A stretch of 64,000 nucleotides of DNA. Origin: the human T2T-CHM13v2.0 reference genome, Homo sapiens. The position numbers and the translations under genes were made by a program. The stretch is from the NCBI RefSeq assembly GCF_009914755.1, contig NC_060925.1; one strand, 5' to 3'. Positions within the stretch are counted from its first letter, which is position 1. Each line of letters opens with the position of its first letter. The notes beneath the pieces are model-generated. The model had not been told where the DNA came from. It did no database searches and was given only the letters and a program-made list of their open reading frames with translations. Positions 57,409 to 64,000 of the stretch are shown here, piece by piece.

Positions 57409-60007
57409 ATGGAGTTGTTGACAAATGTGCACCTTTGACAGCCTTGTAGTCTTGGCATCTTCCCTGGGACACATGATCAGTTCCTGTTGCTCCAGAGCCC
57501 ATCTTTACACACTGAGGAAATAGAGTGAAGCGAGTGAGAACGCTGACTTTAGGGATGGAGAGCATTTAAGCTCAGTGTCTAGATTTCCAGGTTTAAGGGA
57601 AAGGTGGCCCTTCCCTCTGCACCTTGATGGGTTGGGACCTGCTGCAGCAAGAGGGAGGAACCACTGACACCACATCCCTCTAACAGGTCTCACCTCAGAG
57701 TCCTGGAAGAGCAGGAAGGGGCAGACGGGTATCTAGGAGATAGGGATTATTGAGGAGATTTGCACACACCTCACAGCTAATGGGGTGTGGATACACATGT
57801 GTCTTAAAAGATACACCTCATTGTTTCCCAGGGAGCCCTCTCCTGGCATCACTGATGTGCCTAGAAGTATCTCATGATTCGCCTGGAAAAGTTGTCTTAA
57901 AATTGGTATCTTCCTGTCACCAGTTCACTTGAATTTAGCCATAGATTTGCTTGCTCTAAACTACAAAGTTTATTTTAGTGATTTCCATGAAAATGTCTGT
58001 CCTGGTCTCTGTGGGTCATATGGGTGATATGAGGCTGTAAAACCAGACCCTTCCCTTTCTGTTGTGCCCCTGCCCTGCTGTCTAAAGAGTGGAAGACAGA
58101 GTCTGAAGGCAAGGGATAGAAATGCTCAGTGGCAAACCTAGGGCTCTGGTAATATGTCATCCACAAAACAGTTTTGGTCAGGAAGTGTTACCTCTGCTGC
58201 TGAGGTTGAAGAAGTAGTGTTCAGTTTATTCAGCAGAAAATAAGGAATCTATGTTTTTGCTTTAAAAAAAACTCCAAATTTTTAATATTGAAGTTTACTT
58301 CAAGCTGCTTGAGGAATATGCATATCTAGGGCTCACAAACTTTATTTAAAAGACTTAGCTGGTCCATGGATCTGAGAAGGATATGGCTGGAGATTTGGTC
58401 CAAATGCTGTTCTAGGAGGAATTCTGCTGTGTCATGCTTTGCAGAGACCAATGCAGGTTGCTTTTTACAAGCCCTTTGGCTCTCAGAAGCACTTGTTAAT
58501 AGAAGGAGCTTTCTCATGCCTACCATAAATCTTTGACATTGAAGCATAATATCTTCAACAAGCAGCTGAATAGAGCTCTGTAATTCAAAGGTATCAAGGA
58601 GTTGTAACTCCAGACCAGCAAGGCCAGTCCCCATAAACCAGCTGTGACCTAAGCATCTTGGCAGTGATCTCTCCACCGTCCTGGGGTAATGAGGAGAAAA
58701 AGTATTCAAGGGGGGGTGTTTATACACTGGGAATATATCTGGCCTTGAGAGGGTGGAGAGCCTTATAATGTGTGTATGGGTGCAGAATGGTGCTTCTTCT
58801 GAAAAGTCTGCCTGCTTTTGTCCAGGGAAGCCATGGACTTTGTTTAAAAAAAAGAAAAAAAAGGGAAACCAAAACATTTCCCAAGTGGTGGGGCCTGGAT
58901 CACTGGGGTGATCCAGTGATAATGTTGCAGTGACAAGAGCTTGGTAGAGATGTGGCATCCACCAAACATTGCCTTGTCTGATGCCTCATTACACACACAC
59001 ACCTGTACACACATGCACACGTACACACATGGATGTTTGTTTTTCCTTCTATTATCCGATCTATTTTGGCAAGCTCTGCCTTAACACTTAGCTCCTGGAG
59101 TGACCCCATGCCAAGGCAAGGAGAATTTGGTTCTTTTTCCCTCTAGATTGCAATGAGAGAGGAGCTGGTAATTTTCTTATGCAGGTCCCCATATTTTCTT
59201 GCTATTTCTAGCTGAGAGAAGAGAAAGTATATTTTCTCCCTGATTACTAGCTTGTCTGAGCAGTTTATTTGTCTCCTAACTCAAATGGTTCTGGACAGGC
59301 ATTTTATTTAAAGCTGAACTGGAGTATTGCACTAGAGATTCTGGAGGGTTGTTATTAAATAGAAACTCATTCCCATCATATCTTCTTAAATTCTTGGGAT
59401 TAAAAATTTCATTTCTGATGAAAGAGGACGGAGGGCAGGTGTCGGTGTCTCAGAGGCCATCCTTTCTGATGACTTTGTTTCGCGGTCTTTCCTAGCCCTT
59501 CCCTCTAAGTGGAGTTTTCACTGCTATCATTGATTGTGTCTCTACCTCACTGGATCCTCTGAGAGTTCTAGAAGAGTTTGAGAAGCAGGTGCTTCCTGTG
59601 CATCATACCTAAGGGTGATGAGGTTGACATGTAGATGTAGGTTAGACAGTCTATCCGTGTTTACATCATTGGTCCATTTATGACCATTCTTGGAATCTGA
59701 ATGTCAAGACTTGCAGAAGCCTTGGTTTCTTTACTGTATGCCACATGGCCAGCCAGAGGCCTTGGGCATTAGTTTTCCTACAAGTAATTCCAGCCAAGTC
59801 AACCAGGCATAGAATGTGAGGAATAGTGAGTGAAAGTCCTTATTCAGAAGTGCACCTGGGGTTGTGTTAAAGCTGAAACAAATTCTAAAACACCCAGGAA
59901 GGGCTTTCAACCAGAGAACACTTAAAGCTTTTGTGCTAGGTTATGGAAACTTTTTCCTGCTAATCAGAGTTTCCAGGGCACTGAACGCTGACCACTTGCT
60001 GTGTTGC

Positions 60008-60852
<845 letters not shown>

Positions 60853-61063
60853 GCATGCTGACATGGGCAATTGCTATGGTGCAGAACACCCCTTGGTGAC
60901 ACCACTACCATAGCTTCTTTCTAAAGAGATTTGGTTATAATAGCAATTTGGATGTGCCACTAGCCTCCTTAAAATGTGAATCTCCCTGTCAAAAGAAATA
61001 ATAATTAAATTTCACAGAAGGACACAAGTGAGATTTGTTATCTTCAGGGAATTTCAAGGGTGG

Positions 61064-61605
61064 TGTTGAGGACTGCTGCAGTTTTGCCTGCTCAGTGTTT
61101 GTTTCCAATTCTTTGGTAACAGCCCCCTGCTTTTCCTTTGGGAACAGATCTCTCCCACCCGCTCTCAGTCTGTGTGATTCAGGTGGGGCACACCCCGTAT
61201 CTAAGATCTGCAAGCAACATGCGACCCAGGACTCGCCAGGCAGTAGGGTCCATCTCCCTGTGTGATACAATTCCAGAGCTTTTGCTGGAACTATTGGGAA
61301 GCAGAAGCAATCTCTCCTTTGGAGTGTGGAGTTGTCAGGATGCAGAGCTGGAGCTGCTGAGCCCTCTCGTCTTCCTAGTGGACAGCCGTGGAGGCGGGGG
61401 GCCAGCTCAGAGGAAGGCAGAGCTGCAGGATGGAAACTGAAGCCATATAATTTTGAGCCCCTAGATCGAGGAATGCCTGAAGCCAACATATCTTTGTATT
61501 TTTCTGTTACAGGAGGTTTATTTTTATTTTTTTTACTCAATCCATGTTGGGAGACAGCATTCCAGGGCTTTCCTGTGTTTCTGCATTTCTTACAAACAGA
61601 GGTAC
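61064..61605 (+). mobile_element. MLT1K-like LTR, sense to HHAT
   Basis: gactgctgcagttttgcctgc...ggtaacagccccc...ttttcctttgggaac...ctctcagtc 5' end; tttgagcccctagatc...gcctgaagcc near the 3' end; right boundary approximate. Confidence 0.65.
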
Positions 61606-61692
61606 TGGCTACCTTTGTTCCCAACTATTTTTCCTGGAATATTTGTATAGAAAACACCTCCGAATTGTCCAGCTACTAAGCAGCAATATCAG
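61513..61692 (+). CDS. HHAT: Candidate alternative HHAT cassette exon (180 nt; 54 new codons, TAA at 61677-79)
   Basis: Acceptor tctttgtatttttctgttacAG (61511-12), donor CAG|GTGAGA (61693). In frame with the phase-1 end of the 54049-54193 exon. Usage cannot be shown from DNA. Confidence 0.55.
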
Positions 61693-62674
61693 GTGAGATT
61701 ATAAGCCCTTTGACTCCAAATTCTACTCTTCTCTCTCTGCTCTGTGAGGCCTAAATCATGACAGGCAACCACTGTTTACACCATGAACCATCCCTGGGTG
61801 TCACTATCAGAGACAGTCTAAAGTGCCTGGTTAATTGTTCTGATTCTTAGTACTTCTCCACTGAGCAAGTTGGGAGGGTGACAAGAGTCAGACCTTCCAG
61901 CCTCTGGGACTGATAGACCAGCTTGAGGCTTGCTAGCTGGATTGGCACTGACCAGTCTACACACCTACAACTCTTTATCCCAAGCCTGCTCAGTTGGTCA
62001 AGGACTCTGGCTTCCCTCTTTAGATTTACTCTGACATTGCATTAGATTGCTCCCACGCCCTGTTTCCAGTGTAATTACTCTTTTCCAGACCAAGAAAGCA
62101 GTGGAAAGAGGAAATCATTTTGTTTTGGCACACAATTTCAAAGACCAGGGAAACAGAATTATCTCAGGGTGGCTGTCATAAGAGCTGAGGGCCTGTGACT
62201 GTCACATGTAAGGGCGGCGCTGGAAATGCAACAAAGGACAACAGCATGGCTGGCTGTGGTTCTTGTCTTTGCAGTGAAGATCAGAAAGTGGAATCCAGGG
62301 GACCTTTTCCTTGCCTCAGGAATTCTATCTGGCATGATGGTCATTTATCTTGAGTGTAATTAAGGCACTCAAATCTTTCAGTTAATATTCAACAAATGGG
62401 AGTGAAGACTATACAAAAAAACTTTTCATTATCTTGAAACAAAGACGGAAAAAAGCAAATCCTGTTTTGTCAGCACCTGTTTGGTATCATGTAAGATTGT
62501 TGAAGGGTCAGAGCTTCCAGCTGACACCTGTCAATTGGGCCTAGTTGGGCCATTTTTCTCTGTACTAACCTAACTCTCCCAGCTGCCGGTGGCTGCCCTG
62601 ATCACATTAGCTGCTGCTGTGGAGTATTCTCTCTAAGGGGAAGCTACTGAAAGGGCAAAGCATGGAAAAGAGTG

Positions 62675-63649
62675 TGTTACGGTTGAATTGTGCCCAGCTG
62701 ATGAAGTCCTAACCACCAGTACTTCAAAATGTGACCTTATTTGGAAATAGGGTCTTTATAGAAGTGATAATGAAGCAGCATCATTGTCTAGGGTAAATAC
62801 CCGAGGTTTGTCATCTCACAGCAAGGAAATCGAGTATGCGGACACACAAGAAGTGGGTTTAGGAGTGGAGGTTTAATAGGCAAAAGAAAGAGAAAAGGGA
62901 ACAGCTCTTTGTCTTGAGGAGGTGATGTCTGATTTACATAGGGCCCAAAGATTGATTGGACCAGGTGTGATGTTTACATGGCATGAGGAAGCTAGCCTGG
63001 CTGGTGCCATGTCACCTGCTCATTACTGTACACATGGTTGGCAAAGAAAAGGGAAGATGGAGCCGCCATTTTGGACATGCCTACTCCCCCCATAGCCTCT
63101 TTCCTATTGGCACAACTGCCGGCATTCAAACTGCCATGCCAGCTTCCAGCTTGCTTGTCTATGTCTGCGTTCGATTTTACAAGCTGCTCTTTGTTAGAAA
63201 ATGGTTTGGGGGCTGCTTTTCATTAAAAGGAAAACCTTACCGAGGACTTCCTCACTATCTGCCTAAATAATTTCTTCTTACTTCCTATATCAATAAGTTA
63301 AAAATGAGATTATTAGGGTAGACTCTGGTGTCCTTATAAAAAGGGGAACTTTGAATACTGAGATAGACATGCACAGAGGAAGATAATGTAAAACCACAGG
63401 GACCCAGGCGGCCATGGGGAGATGGAGGCAGGGATTGGAGTGATGCTGCCACAAAGGAACACCTGGAGCCACCAAAAGCTGGGAAGAACAAGGAAGGCTC
63501 CTCCCCACCAGATGTTGAGGGGAGCCTGTCCCTGCTGTCTCCTTGATTTCAGATTTCTAGCCTCCGTAACAAACAGACACTAAATTTCTGTGGTTCTAAG
63601 CCACCTGGTTGGTAGTATTTGGTTCTGGCTGCCCTAGGGAATGAATATA
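62675..63649 (+). mobile_element. MLT1B/C-like LTR split by an ERV1 LTR
   Basis: aatgtgaccttatttggaaatagggtcttt...gatggaggcagggattggagtgatg...gccctagggaatgaata. Confidence 0.85.
62771..63292 (-). mobile_element. ERV1-class solo LTR (LTR9-like)
   Basis: Minus strand reads TGATATAGGAAG...AAATTATTTAGGCAGATAGTGAGG...TGCTGCTTCA; 4-bp TSD ATAA (62767-70, 63293-96). Subfamily name less certain than the LTR call. Confidence 0.85.
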
Positions 63650-64000
63650 GGGAGGATTCTGTTGTGTGGAGTATGAAGTTGGGGTAGGGAGAGGTACTGA
63701 GATGGGCTGCCAGTGACTCTTCCTCACTGTAAGAAACAGTTCATGAGTCCAGCAGCTGGAGGGCCAGAAACGCCCACTTCAAATGTTCAGGTCCACATGA
63801 TGGTTAGACTTTGCTGTCTGGGCATGGGCCCTAGGACAGACATTCCAACAGTGTGAAGTGAGGATGGGAGTAGTCAAATGCCCGGTCGCAGCAATGTCAC
63901 ATGGTTATCCAGAGGCACAGTGAGGGCCCTGGGAGGTGAGAAGCAAGGAAAGCCAGCCTTCTGGTTCCTGGAGAGCCATTGTCTTTCACAGGTGATCCAG

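Noticed and set aside
58326-58958. 210-aa minus-strand ORF
   Set aside because: No recognisable domain; crosses an A-run (FFFFF); antisense within an intron; consistent with chance.
60989-61624. 211-aa minus-strand ORF
   Set aside because: Non-ATG start, antisense reading of the MLT1K-like LTR, no homology recognised.
63073-63082. p53 half-site GGACATGCCT in the ERV1 LTR
   Set aside because: No adjacent second half-site.

Overview
Primate (hominoid, most likely human) genomic DNA from inside the HHAT gene (Hedgehog acyltransferase, MBOAT family), transcribed on the + strand. Only two canonical coding exons are present: a 202-nt exon (18394-18595) carrying the catalytic His (H379 in human numbering) and the next 145-nt exon (54049-54193). 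They are separated by a 35.4-kb intron. The rest is intron, dense in Alu, L1, L2, MIR, MaLR/ERV LTR and DNA-transposon relics; nearly all ORF-track entries are repeat-derived or chance. Most notable observations: (1) a 180-nt candidate cassette exon (61513-61692) whose acceptor lies in an MLT1-type LTR; it splices in frame to the 145-nt exon, would give HHAT a new 54-aa C-terminus and is predicted to escape NMD. (2) A compact, TSD-flanked L1PA4/5-like element (44934-46583) with an exact 5'UTR splice junction (SpIRE97/622 type) plus a second ~4-kb ORF1-ORF2 deletion with a templated junction. (3) The catalytic exon starts with AG|GTATGT, a possible recursive-splicing exon. (4) An old twin-primed, 5'-inverted L1MA with matching TSDs. 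Repeat subfamily names and L1 positions come from recalled consensus sequences, not from a search.
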